A DNA stretch of 64,000 nt from Octopus sinensis (Eukaryota): contig NC_042999.1 in the NCBI RefSeq assembly GCF_006345805.1, positions 620,001 to 684,000 of the forward strand, given 5' to 3'. A program made the translations under genes and the position numbers. Every line of letters begins with the position of its first letter. Within the stretch, counting starts at the first letter, position 1. The notes below the pieces were generated by a model. That model was not told the origin of the DNA. It ran no database searches and saw only the letters and a program-made list of their open reading frames with translations. Of this stretch, positions 24,835-38,232 are shown in pieces.

Positions 24835-24889
<55 letters not shown>

Positions 24890-25344
24890 TCGTTACTCAA
24901 ATATATTCAATGAGAAACAATATACTGAATTTTTAATAAGTGCTCTTGGTAGGGAAATGTCTAAAACATTAAAGTATTTAGACATTTAATAAGAGCGATT
25001 ATATATTATATTATAAAATAAGTGCAAGAAACTTACATCAAAAATAATATTGATTTAATAGATAGATGTATAGATATATAAAGTATGATTATTTAAAATG
25101 TTTGGTGGTTTAAAACCTCTTACAGTCGTATCGCGAGTGTCTTACCCTTAGAAATGGAATCTAAATTTGCTAATCATTAATAGGTAATACATCCACTCGT
25201 CAGAGATATAGGGGGTGAATTTTTGTGTAGTCAATCGAAAGCTATTTAAAAAGATGTTGTTTGAAGATGCTGTTTAAATGTTACTGGCATAGATATGCGT
25301 TGGTACAATCTTGTGCTAAACATTTTGAAGGAGAAAAACAGTAA

Positions 25345-25735
25345 GGCGCAGGAGTGGCTGTGTGGTAAGTAGCTTGCTAACCAACCACATGCTTCTGGGT
25401 TCAGTCCCACTGCGTGGCATCTTGGGCAAGTGTCTTCTGCTATAGCCCCGGGCCGACCAATGCTTTGTGAGTAGATTTGGTAGACGGAAACTGAAAGAAG
25501 CCTGTCGTATATATGTATATATATATGTATGTGTGTGTCTGTGCTTGTCTCTCTACCATGGCTTGACAACCGATGCTGGTGTGTTTACGTCCCCGTCACT
25601 TAGCGGTTCGGCAAAAGAGACCGATAGAATAAGTACTGGGCTTACAAAGAATAAGTCCTGGGGTCGATTTGCTCGACTAAAGGTAGTGCTCCAGCATGGC
25701 CGCAGTCAAATGACTGAAACAAGTAAAAGAGAGAA
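25345..25735 (+). mobile_element. SINE family A, full length
   Basis: Complete head, internal microsatellite and tail. Confidence 0.9.
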
Positions 25736-26156
25736 ATGAGTGTATTCGTGGTAAAATACCATGCGGTAATCCATAATGGCTGTGGGAAATATAAATCCCA
25801 TGATGCAGTTGTCTTCAATATGTGATCCATAATCCAGAAACTAAAAGTACACACACACACACACATACAAACAAACAAACAAACAAACACACACACACAT
25901 ATATATAGTGAACACATCTGTCGAAGATGGCGTATGAGTTTAGTGTTTGCCGAATGAACGACCTGCATAAATGATTTGTTTATAATAATCAAATGCATGT
26001 GCTGTGTATAAGCTCCCTCTATACATCAAATCTACGCTGGCAGAACAGATGCACGGTGTGCCTCACATCTGGTACCAAGGTAATCGCAGAGCAACGTCAA
26101 ATTAAGTAAAATTTTATTGCTGTCTGTCTACGTACCTTTTTATCTATCTATGTGTG

Positions 26157-26201
<45 letters not shown>

Positions 26202-26202
26202 T

Positions 26203-26281
<79 letters not shown>

Positions 26282-26797
26282 GTAATACATGAGGTTTAGG
26301 AAAAAGAAAATTATATGGTATAATCCCCCCTTTCAACCACTAAGATTCCACCAACGTAGCTATTTGGACTTCCTGCTGTTAATTAAGAAACACTTCCCCA
26401 GTGGCCACAAGTATTACAAAATCGTCAACCCCCATAATGTGAAGGTGAGCTACTCCTGCTTAGACAACATCGCACGCACCAACATACATAAAAATACACC
26501 TGCACCACCCCAACCCCAATCTGTAACTTCCGAAATCTCAGAGAAAGGAACAGAGGCAGACAGATAGATAGACAGACACACAGATAGACAGATAGATAAA
26601 TAGATAAACAGACAGGTAAATAGATAGATAGACAGATAGATAAATAGATAGATAAATAGAGAGACAGGCAGACAGACAGATAGCTAGACGGACAGACAGA
26701 CAAACAGATAGAAAGTTAGACAGAAAGATAGACAGATAGATAGAAAGGCAAACAGGCAGACAGGTAGTTAGATAGATAGATAGATTGATAGATAGAT

Positions 26798-26882
<85 letters not shown>

Positions 26883-26900
26883 TATTTATTGATAGATAGA
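26203..26900. repeat. (GATA)n/(GACA)n field interrupted by a PLE fragment
   Basis: Directly visible. Confidence 0.85.
26289..26480 (+). pseudogene. Penelope-like element fragment (RT-thumb/endonuclease linker region)
   Basis: RKKKIIWYNPPF..FLLLIKKHFPSGHKYYKIVNPHNVKVSYSCLDNI resembles the WYNPP..KHFP..SYSC segment of invertebrate PLE proteins. Confidence 0.7.
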
Positions 26901-27455
26901 TGCATCGTAATTCTTTCGTATGGAATTAAGAATAAAAAGCAAAAGTGTATCTTTCATTGACCTGCTTATGATCAGAGAAATTTCTCATATTCTCTGTATG
27001 GTAACATATAATATAACACAAAGATCTGCTGCATAACTCTTCCGCAAAGAAATTAGTTGTTTTCTATAATTTGTTTTTATGTCGTTAAATGTGTTTCCCT
27101 TTTGTCGGCTGCTTTCATTAAGCCGATGTCGTTTGTCTTATTATTTCCATTGAATGATGTTCTCTTGCTTGGTTTGATTCTTGTGTTACTTTCATTCAGA
27201 TATTTCCTCATGTTTTCTATACATTTTATCCTAGAAACTTTTGTTTTTGCTGTTTACGACATTCTTTCTTTCTACAGATTATCTTGCCATGTTATTTCTC
27301 TGGAAACTCACTTTTTTTCTTTTATTCATTATCCAAAAGAAATTATTCTATTAATGCCAAAAATACTTTCAGCCTCCTTTGCTGGCGGTTCTTTCATTAC
27401 TTGTTCAATTAGCTTTGAGTTAGTTTTTCCGTTGTTGTTTTCTTCAGAGTTTTCC

Positions 27456-27532
<77 letters not shown>

Positions 27533-27844
27533 ATATTATATATGCGTGTGGTAGGGTTTTTCTTTCAAGTATAAATACATTTTTATATATGTGTGTTTAT
27601 ATACTTGTACACAGTAGCAAACCATGGTAATCACTTTGATATGAAAAGAATTAGCTTTTTTGTGTGCGTGGAGTGTTCTCTTAAAAACTGATTTCAAACT
27701 ATGAAAACGTAAAATGGCGAAGATATTAACCTGTTCCCTTCACAACCTTAGAAGTTTTTAAAAGACTACGAGCAATGACCTTTCTTGATCGAGTTAAATT
27801 TTAGATATAACAACAAGTTCTGTTAACTGTAATTATAATGAATA

Positions 27845-28070
27845 GCAGCGACCTGGCAGAATCTTTAACAGACCGGACAAAATGCTTACGGCATTTCCTC
27901 CGGGTCATCCCGTTCTGAATTCAAATCTCGTCGGATTACTTTTTATCCACTCACAAGGCTTTTGGGCGGCCCGTTGTTATAACAGAAGACACTTGCCCCA
28001 GGTGCCATACAGTGGGAATGAACTCGGAAACAAGTGGTTGACAAGCAAGCTTCTTATCACATAGCCACAT
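27845..28070. mobile_element. SINE-B head (+) fused to a SINE-A 5' half (-)
   Basis: GACCTGGCAGAATC..GAATTCAAATCTC followed by CACTCACAAGGC..CACATAGCCAC. Confidence 0.6.
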
Positions 28071-28281
28071 ATATACATATATATTTTATTTAATCAATAG
28101 AAGCTACTGGAGGGCCTAGGGTTTCATGTATTGGTTGGTACTTATGATTTACAAAATACTCGTCACCTCCAAGCTTCTACCAATCAAATAAATATATTTA
28201 TACTCATGATTTACTTTCTATATTTTTGCTTGTATAAAGAAAATTACACACACACGCACACACACGCAAGCACACGCACAT

Positions 28282-28324
<43 letters not shown>

Positions 28325-28380
28325 GATATATATTTTCCACATTCAAAAACTTCTCGAAATACTTCTGAAATCCGCCGAGC

Positions 28381-28885
28381 CATTAAAATTTGCCATTAAA
28401 ATGTAGAAATGGGAAGACCCATTAAAACCTGCCATGAAAATGTAGAAATGGGGAAATCCATTAAAATTCACAATTAAAATGTAGAAATCGGCAAACCCTT
28501 CAAAACTTACCCTTAAAATGCAGAAATAAGAAGTGCCATTAAAATGCAGAAATGAGAAGGCACGTTAAAACTTTCGCTTAAAATGTGGAAATGGGAAAAC
28601 CCATTAAAACTCCCCGTTAAAATGTAGAAATTGGCAAACCCTTCAAAACTTACCCTTAAAATGCAGAAATGGGAAGTGCCATTAAAACTTGCCATTAAAA
28701 TGCAGAAATGAGAAGGCACGTTGAAACTTTTGCTTAAAATGTAGAAAAGGGGAAAACCCATTAAAATTTGTCATTAAAATGTTGCAATGGGAAGACTCAT
28801 TAAAACTTGTCATTAAAATGTAGAAATGGAAACACCCATAAAACTTAACATTAAAATGTAGAAATGAGAAGAGCCATTAAAACTT
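28381..28885. repeat. 39-bp minisatellite (~13 copies) with higher-order structure
   Basis: Unit CATTAAAACTTGCCATTAAAATGTAGAAATGGGAAGACC with variants. Confidence 0.9.
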
Positions 28886-29810
28886 AGGGTAATTGAAGGT
28901 AAAAGTTTGAGTCGTCAACTGGTTTATCAGGAATACTTACTGAAATGGTTAAGATGTTATTAAATAGAGTATATGCAAGCCAATTATATAATCAATCAGG
29001 ATTACAAGGAGGTGTCATACATACTTGCTTGATATGCAGAAACCGATTACACAAGGAGTTCTATGCCGAGTACTCAGTGTAAACTACTGGCATGAAACGG
29101 CTGTAAGTGAATCATGGAGAGGCTGACAGAGAAGTGAGGTATATGGGGGGAAGTTATAGGAAATGACTGGCAGCAAGAATACAAGCAAAATATATTCCTT
29201 CAAATGCTCGAGAGACTATACAGCAGTTGACTTCTGGCGTTACATAGTGAGGTATTGAGCATTTGGTGTAGGTATAAAGAAAATGCTGTAACAATCAAAG
29301 TAACGATCCAGAAAGCTTTAACTCTCCTGGCAATTATTAAGCGATAGGTAGATTATATTATATTTATGTATGAATTGCAATGTTTCATGTAGCGCAGAGC
29401 GGGTTATCAGTGTGAAAGATTCATACCATCACCGTGTTCTTTCTTGTAGATTACATCTGATTCATTTCACATGTAGCGTTTTTTTTCAGATCTTCTGAAC
29501 CTCCACATACATATACACATACAAAGGGGGTAAAAGAACATCCGGACAAAATATTTAAAGTGGATGCACAGAAGATCTGAAAACAAAAAGCTACATGTGA
29601 CTTGGATCAGATGTAGCCTGTAAGAAAGAACCCGATGCTGGTACAGGCATGTGAAACGCATTTGGAAATGTCAATTAGGTACTGCAGAAAATGGCGGCCA
29701 CTTGCATAGGACGAAGTGGTAAAAATGATCTCATGAAGTTGCAATACATGAAGGCGATGCTTAATAACCAGGAAAAATGATGGCAAAAATGGTCGCTAAT
29801 TATTATTAGC

Positions 29811-29969
29811 AGGAGTGGCTGTGTGGCAAGTAGCTTGCTAACCAGCCACATGGTTTCAAGTACAGTCCCACTGCGTGGCATCTTGGGCAAGTGTCTTCTG
29901 CTATAGCCTCGGGCCGACCAAAGCCTTGTGAGTGGATTTGTAGACGGAAACTGAAAGAAGCTTGTCTTA

Positions 29970-30024
<55 letters not shown>

Positions 30025-30250
30025 GTGTGTATATGTTTGTGTGTCTGTGTTTGTCCCCCTAGCATTGCTTGACAACCGATGCTGGTGTGTTTACGTCCCC
30101 TTCACCTAGCGATTCGGCAAAAGAGACCGATAGAATAAGTACTGGGCTTACAAAAGAATAAGTCCTGGGGTCGATTTGCTCGACTAAAGGCGGTGCTCCA
30201 GCATAGCCACAGTCAAATGACTGAAACAAGTAAAAGAGTAAAAAGAGAGT
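29811..30250 (+). mobile_element. SINE family A, full length
   Basis: Complete head, internal (TA)n and AAAAGAGT tail. Confidence 0.9.
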
Positions 30251-30285
30251 GATTGACATTGAGACGTATTGTAACTCATCGAGTC

Positions 30286-30735
30286 TCTTTCAATATACTG
30301 TATTCGTTGCCATATCGCGGTTCACCTATCGCGGTTTATTACTTAAGCTTACATCGGTCCCTCCGTGGTGTTGTTTTGCATTTATAATAAAATAAATATA
30401 TATAAATTATAAAAAATAATTTAAAAAATACACAGTGCTGTTTCTGCTTCGCGGATTTTCACCTATGGCAGGGTTGCTGGTGGAACGTAAAACCCGCCTC
30501 TTTAAATATACTGTAATTCGTTGCCATATCGCGGTACACCTATCGCGGTTTATTACTTAAGCTTACATCGATCCCTCCGTGGTGTTGTTTTACATTTATA
30601 ATAAAATAAATGTATACAAATTATAAAAAATAATTAAAAAATATACTGTACTGTTTCTACTTCGCGGATTTTCACCTATGGCAGGGGTGGTGGTGGTGGA
30701 ACGTAACACCCGCGATGGTCGAGAGATTTCTCTAT
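30286..30735. mobile_element. Tandemly duplicated pogo/Tigger-like MITE (213-bp period)
   Basis: Two copies of GCCATATCGCGGTTCACCTATCGCGG..GGAACGTAACACCCGCG; subterminal ATCGCGG motifs resemble pogo-type MITEs. Confidence 0.6.
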
Positions 30736-31206
30736 TCATACTAAATCGCTATGTATGAACATATTCGTTATCTCTCATATATAACGTTCTAACATGTTTT
30801 TTTATTGTACCACATACAGGTGAGCAACAAATGAACATACTTTATCTGTTCATATTCACACACTCTACTTTCACCTATTGTCTTTTCTTCCTCCATTACC
30901 TTTCTTCCCTGAAATTCCATAACTCTACTTCTTTCACGACGCTTGAGTAATGAGGAATACCATCAGATTTGTCCATATACCACATCCTTTACCGTTCACA
31001 CCCATCACCTCTTCACAGTTTTACTCTTGCTTTATTCTGAGGATTTCCAAACAAGGATGAATCCATTGGTTACGATAAGTCATTAAAACTTCAATCCAAC
31101 CTAACGAACCATAAACCTATATTCTCTCCTTCTTACAGGTAGTAATAAATAGAATGTCATAACTACACACACACACGTACACACTGATACACACATACGC
31201 ACATAT

Positions 31207-31395
31207 ATCATCATCATCATCATCAGGTTGGACGGTTCGAACGGGGTCTGGGAAGCCAGGAGGCTGCACCAGGCTCCAGTCTGATCTGGCCGTGTTTCTA
31301 CAGCTGGATGCCTTTCCTAACGCCAACCACTCTGTGTGTGTAGTGGGTGCTTTTTACGTGCCATCTGCACAGGCGCCAGGGGTGCCACCGGCACA
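31207..31395 (-). mobile_element. Interspersed repeat with (TGA)n tail, probably RTE-tail derived
   Basis: GGATGCCTTTCCTAACGCCAACC motif next to (CAT)n; the family assignment is recalled, not verified. Confidence 0.5.
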
Positions 31396-33076
31396 TATGC
31401 AAGACATTTCTAGACAATTGCACTCTACCGAATACTACGCAAATGGAATTAATAAACCTGGGGTTATGTTAGATGAAACTTGCATAAAGTGCCACACGGT
31501 GAGATGGAACCCGAAATCACATGGTTGCAAATAGAGATACTTAATCCAACATTTCTTTTAATTTCACAGATGAGATTAATAAATATTTACTTTTCAATTT
31601 TAATAAACACGTTGGGTTAGTGGAGGGTGTGATATTTAATTCGTAAGATTAACCAGAAAATATAGAATACAGAATACAGTTTAGTTTTAATCCGCTAAAA
31701 TTAGAAAAACCCACGTTATATTAGCGGGTTGTTCAAAATTTAATTCGTAAGTGTAGCTATAAAATATAAATTTATCTTTCGAATTTGCTAAAATTTGAAC
31801 AGAGAATTGTTAGACGCCATGTCAGTATAACGCCACTCTATTTCTGCGTCTTAAATTTTTACAACCTCCTTTTTTTTTATTCTTTTCCTTTTTTTGTTGT
31901 ATATTCCATAGGCTGTCACTTTATGTTATAGACTTGTTGAAGCAGAGCTGATAACAATGATTTGTAGCAGTAGTCGAGAAGGAATCTACTCAACAACACA
32001 AATATCACCACTGCTACCACTGCTAACACTACTACCAAAAGCAGCAGTTGCAACAACGACAATAACAACAACAACAACAAGATTAACAACAACAATAGCT
32101 TCCGGTCTCAGCAGTATAACAACACAGTTCAGAACTGGTCATCCATTCCAATATGAAATCAGTTCATTGTATTACCAGCAGTGGGAATGACAATAGCTGG
32201 TTTTCAACGGAGCTACTATATCACGTAATTTCCACCATGAAAGATCAACCTGAAAATCATAACGTGATTTGCTAGCCATAATGTTATTATGGACGATATG
32301 ATATGCACCTAAAAGTCTGTTTCCGTTTAGTCTTCCTCGACATCTTTACTTTTTCTCTGTCGGTTTGTTCTCTTTTATTTATTTTCTTTTTTTTTTTACA
32401 AATGTTTTTATTCTCGAGTTATTTTAGGTTGTCGATTCACAGAAGTCCAAACCTTGTCCCCTATATCGCATAAAAGAAAACGAAAGCTGGATGTGATAAA
32501 GAAAATAGAAATGATGATAATAAAATAATAATAATAATAATAATAAAATAATAATAATAATAAAACATCACAATTAATAGATAAAAAAATGTATGCATTG
32601 ATATACGTATATATGAATGTATGTATGTGTGTATCTGTGTATATATGTAGGTGTATATGCACGTATGTATGAATGTATGTATGTATACTTGTATGTGTAG
32701 GTGTGTGTACAAGCATGTTTGTAAGAGAGTGAGAAAAATGTGTTGCTAGCATATCAGGAATAACATAGTGGTAAAGGTGAGATGTCTATGTTTTATATCC
32801 ATTAGTTGGGGCTGTTTCATGCCAACTTGCCTCTGTTGAAAGGCAGAGGAGAGAAAAGAAAAATCTGAAAATATTTGTGCGTACAATAATACAATAACAC
32901 ATTGCATATACATAAATGATTGTGAAAATACACATTCGTATACACATACAAAGGGAGAAAAAGCAAGAACATCCGGACAAAATATTCAAAGATTTCCCTA
33001 TTCACACATAACTGCATAGAAAAATACAAATATGTAGGAATACACATGGAGCGGGAGAGAGAGGGTATGTGCATGT

Positions 33077-33134
<58 letters not shown>

Positions 33135-33675
33135 AAAGTGCTGTGAGAGGGAGGCACACTACATAAATGAAGTCAACATCTTTCGAATATATAATATAAG
33201 CAGGCAAAATGATACTGGAAAAGTGATGCAAAAAAGTGAAGACTCCCTGAAGATAATAGTTGCGCATTAACACGTAAATGTACACGTGAGCTGCGCGTGT
33301 GTAAAATAAGGAGAGAGAGAGAGAAGGCGAGGAGGGAAACAAGAGAGAGAAAGGGAGAGAAACAGATAGCCTGAACTGCAAAATGACAGATGGAAAGCAA
33401 GAGAAATGATTTGGAAAGTAGGTAGTTTGAAGAAAAAATATGAGTATGGGAGTTGCTTTCTTTTAAAAACGCCATTCATAAATAAAAAATTGATATCCTC
33501 GTGACAAAAACATAAATTCAAACAGTAGCTTGTAATTCAAAGTTTGTAGTTCGGTTCCAACACGCCAGATGAACTGAAATATTTACCCTCCTATACCTGC
33601 CTCTGTCTCTCTGTCTCTCTCTCTCTCCCTCGTTCTATTGATATATATATATATATATATGTGTGTATGTATGTA

Positions 33676-33713
<38 letters not shown>

Positions 33714-33740
33714 ATATATATATATGTATATATATATATA

Positions 33741-35007
33741 CAGTGGTTGGATAAAATAATGGAAACACATTACAATTTCAAACAAATTTATTTTAATATG
33801 GGGTAGGACCACTTTTGGCAGTAATTACAGCTTGAATTCAACAAGGTATGGACTCGTACAAAGTTTGAATTGTTTCCAAAGAATGTTTGCCCATTCTTCA
33901 GCTAAAATAGTCTCCAGTTCTTGTAGTGATGATGGTAGAGGATATCGACTCCTTACTTGCTTTTTCTAAAATGCACCATAAATGTTCAATGATATTGAGA
34001 TTTGGGGATTGTGGTGGCCGGATGAGATGATCAATTTCACAAGAATGTTCCTCGTGCCATTCAGTAACAACTTTAACTGTGTGACGTGGTGCATTATCAT
34101 CCTGAAAGATTGAGTTTCCCTTCGGAAACAGTTCTGTAACCATAGGACGAATTTGATAAGATTAAACGCTTAAATACTTTTGACTATTAATTCTGCCATG
34201 AAGGGAAACGATTGGGCTGGCGGATTTGCAAGATATAGCACCCTAGATCATCACAGATATTCCTCCATGTTTAACAGCTGGAAGAAGGCTGTCTGGGTGA
34301 AATGCTTTTTTTGGCTGTCTTCACAAGTATACTCGGCCGGTGATTGGAAATAAGGTAAAAGACGACTCGTCCGAGAAAATAACATTCTTCCACTACTCTA
34401 GGGACCAATTCTGTAGGTTCTTACTCCACTCTAAAGGCCCTGCAACGCTTGTTTTTGAAAGTAGTGGTTTTCTGATTGCAGCCCTCCCGTGAAATGCGGC
34501 TTTCTGCAGCTCCTGGCGTACAGTTTTTTGTGGAAAATAGGTTCTCGAGATGGTCATTAAACTCTGCAGTAATTTTGGGTGCTGTACTTTTGTGATCCTT
34601 TCTAACAATTCGCATAAGAGTCCGACGATCCCTATGTGAAAGTTTTGGTTTTCTTCCGGAATTTTGTTTCTACGAGGAGGTTTTTTCCCACTTTCTCAAA
34701 GGCTGTCATTACTTTCGAGAAAGTACTTCTTGATAGACCAAACATTTCGGCTGTTTTCATTACACTAGCGCCTGCCATACGAGCACCAGCAATTTGACCT
34801 CTTTGTAAGTTCGATAGACCTGTCGTTTTAATGAATTTTAATTACCTTTTCCTGATGATATCTGAAAAGAAACAGCAATTTTAGCAAAACATATTAAGCA
34901 ATACTAATAATAAATTAAAAAATAAACAAGCTTTTGACGGTTTTATAGATATTTCAAAATTAAGATGCTATAATGCTTGGTGTTTCCATTATTTTGCCCA
35001 ACCCCTG
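33741..35007 (-). mobile_element. Full-length decayed Tc1-like DNA transposon (1267 bp)
   Basis: 28-bp TIRs CAG(T/G)GGTTGG(AT/GC)AAAATAATGGAAACAC, flanking TA, inserted in (TA)n. Confidence 0.9.
33880..34826 (-). pseudogene. Tc1-family transposase pseudogene
   Basis: LSNLQRGQIAGARMAGASV (HTH), RKPLL, FSDES, HGG, FQDDNAPRH, SPNLNIIEHLW; several stops and frameshifts. Confidence 0.9.
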
Positions 35008-35044
35008 TATATATATGTACATATATACATGTATACGTAGATAG

Positions 35045-35083
<39 letters not shown>

Positions 35084-35096
35084 CAGATAGATAGAC

Positions 35097-35162
<66 letters not shown>

Positions 35163-35844
35163 ATAGATTGAGTGATTGCTAGATTGATTGATTGATTGAT
35201 GAACTGGATATTGGGTTTGTTTACGGTATACTTTGTATTTTTTATTTCCACTAATTATTTTTTATATTCTTTTTTCTCATTTTTATCGCTTTGTATTTTT
35301 CTTTATCAATGTAATGCTAAAAATAGCATACTGGTATAAAAAGCAAAAAGAAACTAAAGATAGTCTAGTCGTGCTCTGTACCCTACGCACCTGCAGACGT
35401 GCAGATATACAACTATTGTATTGTTGGATCATATTAATGCAATAAGGTGCATAGTATGTATGACAAGCATCAATTAAAAGGTGATACCAATACGCCGAAA
35501 CAGCTGTAGTGATTTGGAATAAAGATTGTTCATACCATCTTCTAATCTTTTCGTCTTAAAATTCATTGTAGTTTTGTGGCACGAAGCAAAGCAGGCCTTG
35601 CCGTCTACTCAAGGAAACACATCGTAAATAATCCACAAGCACTCAAGCACAATAAGTCCTCTGCTTATTCCATATACCAAAATGAATGCAGAGCACCAGC
35701 AGGCGTCAAGAGACACATTTGTGTTCATAGAACACGATTAACGCTTTATTTTACTGAACCCACATTTCTCGTTCACGGCATATACGTGTGTGTGTGTATC
35801 TGTGTGTTTGTGTATACATACATATATATACCATCCCTCCTGAC

Positions 35845-35879
<35 letters not shown>

Positions 35880-35911
35880 TATATATAATATAATACAATA
35901 TAATATAATAT

Positions 35912-36093
35912 GTGACAATGATTCGGTTGCCATGATAAAACTCCAATATTCGGATGTCAGGGCGGAAATCTGCTCCGGCATCTCGTCAGTTATCAAGGCA
36001 ATCTGTTATCAAAGAACTTGATAACTGACGAGATGCCGGCCGCCCCGACATCCGAAACTCGGTGTTTTATCATGGCAATCGAATAATTGTCAC
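35912..36093. mobile_element. Inverted repeat (35912-35997 / 36017-36093) of an HHR-bearing Penelope-type end
   Basis: Reverse-complementary arms with a 19-bp spacer, next to (TA)n. Confidence 0.7.
36019..36072 (+). ncRNA. Degenerate type I hammerhead H5
   Basis: TGATAA CTGACGA GATG..CATC C GAAAC TCGGT GTT TTATCA; the mirror copy carries different lesions. Confidence 0.5.
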
Positions 36094-36169
36094 TTATATT
36101 ACAGATAAATTGTTCTATTTATATTCATTCTTTTGTTGTCATGCCGTTACTATTAATATATACATTTAT

Positions 36170-36300
36170 AATTGAAATTTATAGAAAAACAATAGAAGAA
36201 GACAGGGATATGAACAACAAGTAAGTGTATTAGTTTGACGCTCGGGGAAATAAAAAAAAATCTTTTACGCTTCGAGCCTACGAACTTCAAGAGAAAAGAA
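36170..36300 (-). mobile_element. Repeat family F copy, old
   Basis: CGTAGGCTCGAAGCGTAAAAGA..CCCGAGCGTCAAACTAATAC matches 45000-45200. Confidence 0.55.
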
Positions 36301-36569
36301 TACGAGAAAATAAACGAATAGAATGAATGATTTCAGCGGTCCGGCATATACGTGCGAGTGTGTGTCTGTGTCTATACATATATATATATATATATACAAA
36401 TGTGTATGTGTGTGTGTGTATGTGTGACCATACCGCCACATCTACACACGTGCTCACATCATCTTTCCTGACTACATAATATGTAAGCATGATGTAAATT
36501 TGCTGACTTATACAATCTGTAACGTAGTGCAAAGCAATTTAATTATTTCCCAGTCCCATTTCTGTATGA

Positions 36570-36655
<86 letters not shown>

Positions 36656-36744
36656 TATATGTATATATATTCATATATATATACAAATATATATATGAGT
36701 ATGTGTGTAAGTATATGTATATATATGTACATATATATATGTAA

Positions 36745-36794
<50 letters not shown>

Positions 36795-36933
36795 AATTTA
36801 CAAATTTACTTAAATTATATTTTTATTTCAACCAATGTATTTTATCTTTATTTCATGTCTATCATATGTATCTATTTTTCTTTATTTTGTATTTTTGAAT
36901 ATCAATACGGGTGTATACATACATACATATATA

Positions 36934-36966
<33 letters not shown>

Positions 36967-37267
36967 GGTTGTGGCAGATGTGGTTTAGTATATATACGAT
37001 GATGTATATCTGCTTCTGCGTGTGTGTGCCTACGTCTGTGTGCTATAAAATCTAAACATCTAATAAATAATTGCTAGCATCAGGAACACAAGTTAGAAAT
37101 AAGTAAAAAAAAATATCAATAATTTTGAAATACATATTCAAATACATAAAAACCTTTAAATCTAAAATAGACACATTTCTGTTATATTTATCTTATTTTT
37201 TATTACATAAACAAATCTTTTATTGTTAATTTTGGCATCATGATTCTTATTTTTAGAAATGAATATC

Positions 37268-37460
<193 letters not shown>

Positions 37461-38232
37461 ATAAATATTATTGTGATTATTATTATTGTTGTTGTTGCTA
37501 ATGTTGTTATTGTTATTGTTATTATTATAAGTGTTGCTCTTCTCATTGTTGTTTTCGTTGTTGTTGCTATAAAATCATTTCTATCAGAAAATGGATTGAA
37601 AAACTGTGTACGAGTCGTTGATGATGTCGCCTGCAGAGGCGGCGAAGATTCTGCTGAACAAGCAATGGCGTCGAAGTCGTCGGAATTTTTTTTTTTTTTT
37701 GAAGAGGCATTTCTGCAAAGGAAATTAATACTGTATACGTATGTCGACACGTTGAAATGAGAAAACTAGAGGAGAAGAAAAGATTTCAGTTTACGCCTTT
37801 GAGTTCGGATAAAGGACGGTGGTGGTTTGAGGTGGCGGGAGATACACTTTGAAAGTAATATGAAACCATGACAGCACTACGGCTGTTGCTGAGCTAATGA
37901 TAGTCATTGTGGATGATGCTTGTGGCTGGTGAGATAAATGTAATTGTAGCTAGGTTAGTATTAAAATCAGTGAGTGAATTTAATATCTTATGAAATGTGG
38001 TATAAGATAGAGATAAAGAAATAAGGCAAGAAATAATTATCTGTTATATCTGTCAGCTTAGTGTTCACTATACATATACAGGCTTCCATATATAAGTAAA
38101 ATAAAAACAATGTAAATCGATCTCCCTTGTCTGCGGCGATGTACATTAGAATTCTTCCATAATGGACATCATGCCTGTTCCTTGAGTAAGTATAAGTACT
38201 TAGTTTAGTACTGATACTAAGTAAAATGTAGT

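Noticed and set aside
28381-28885. CRISPR-like appearance of the 39-bp array (also the 35-bp array at 15865)
   Set aside because: The variable parts are homologous, not unique spacers; there are no cas genes and the context is eukaryotic.
35455-35515. GCCGAAACAGCTGTA with palindromic stem III
   Set aside because: The upstream core is degraded (ATGACAA) and stem I does not pair; a probable dead relic, not called.
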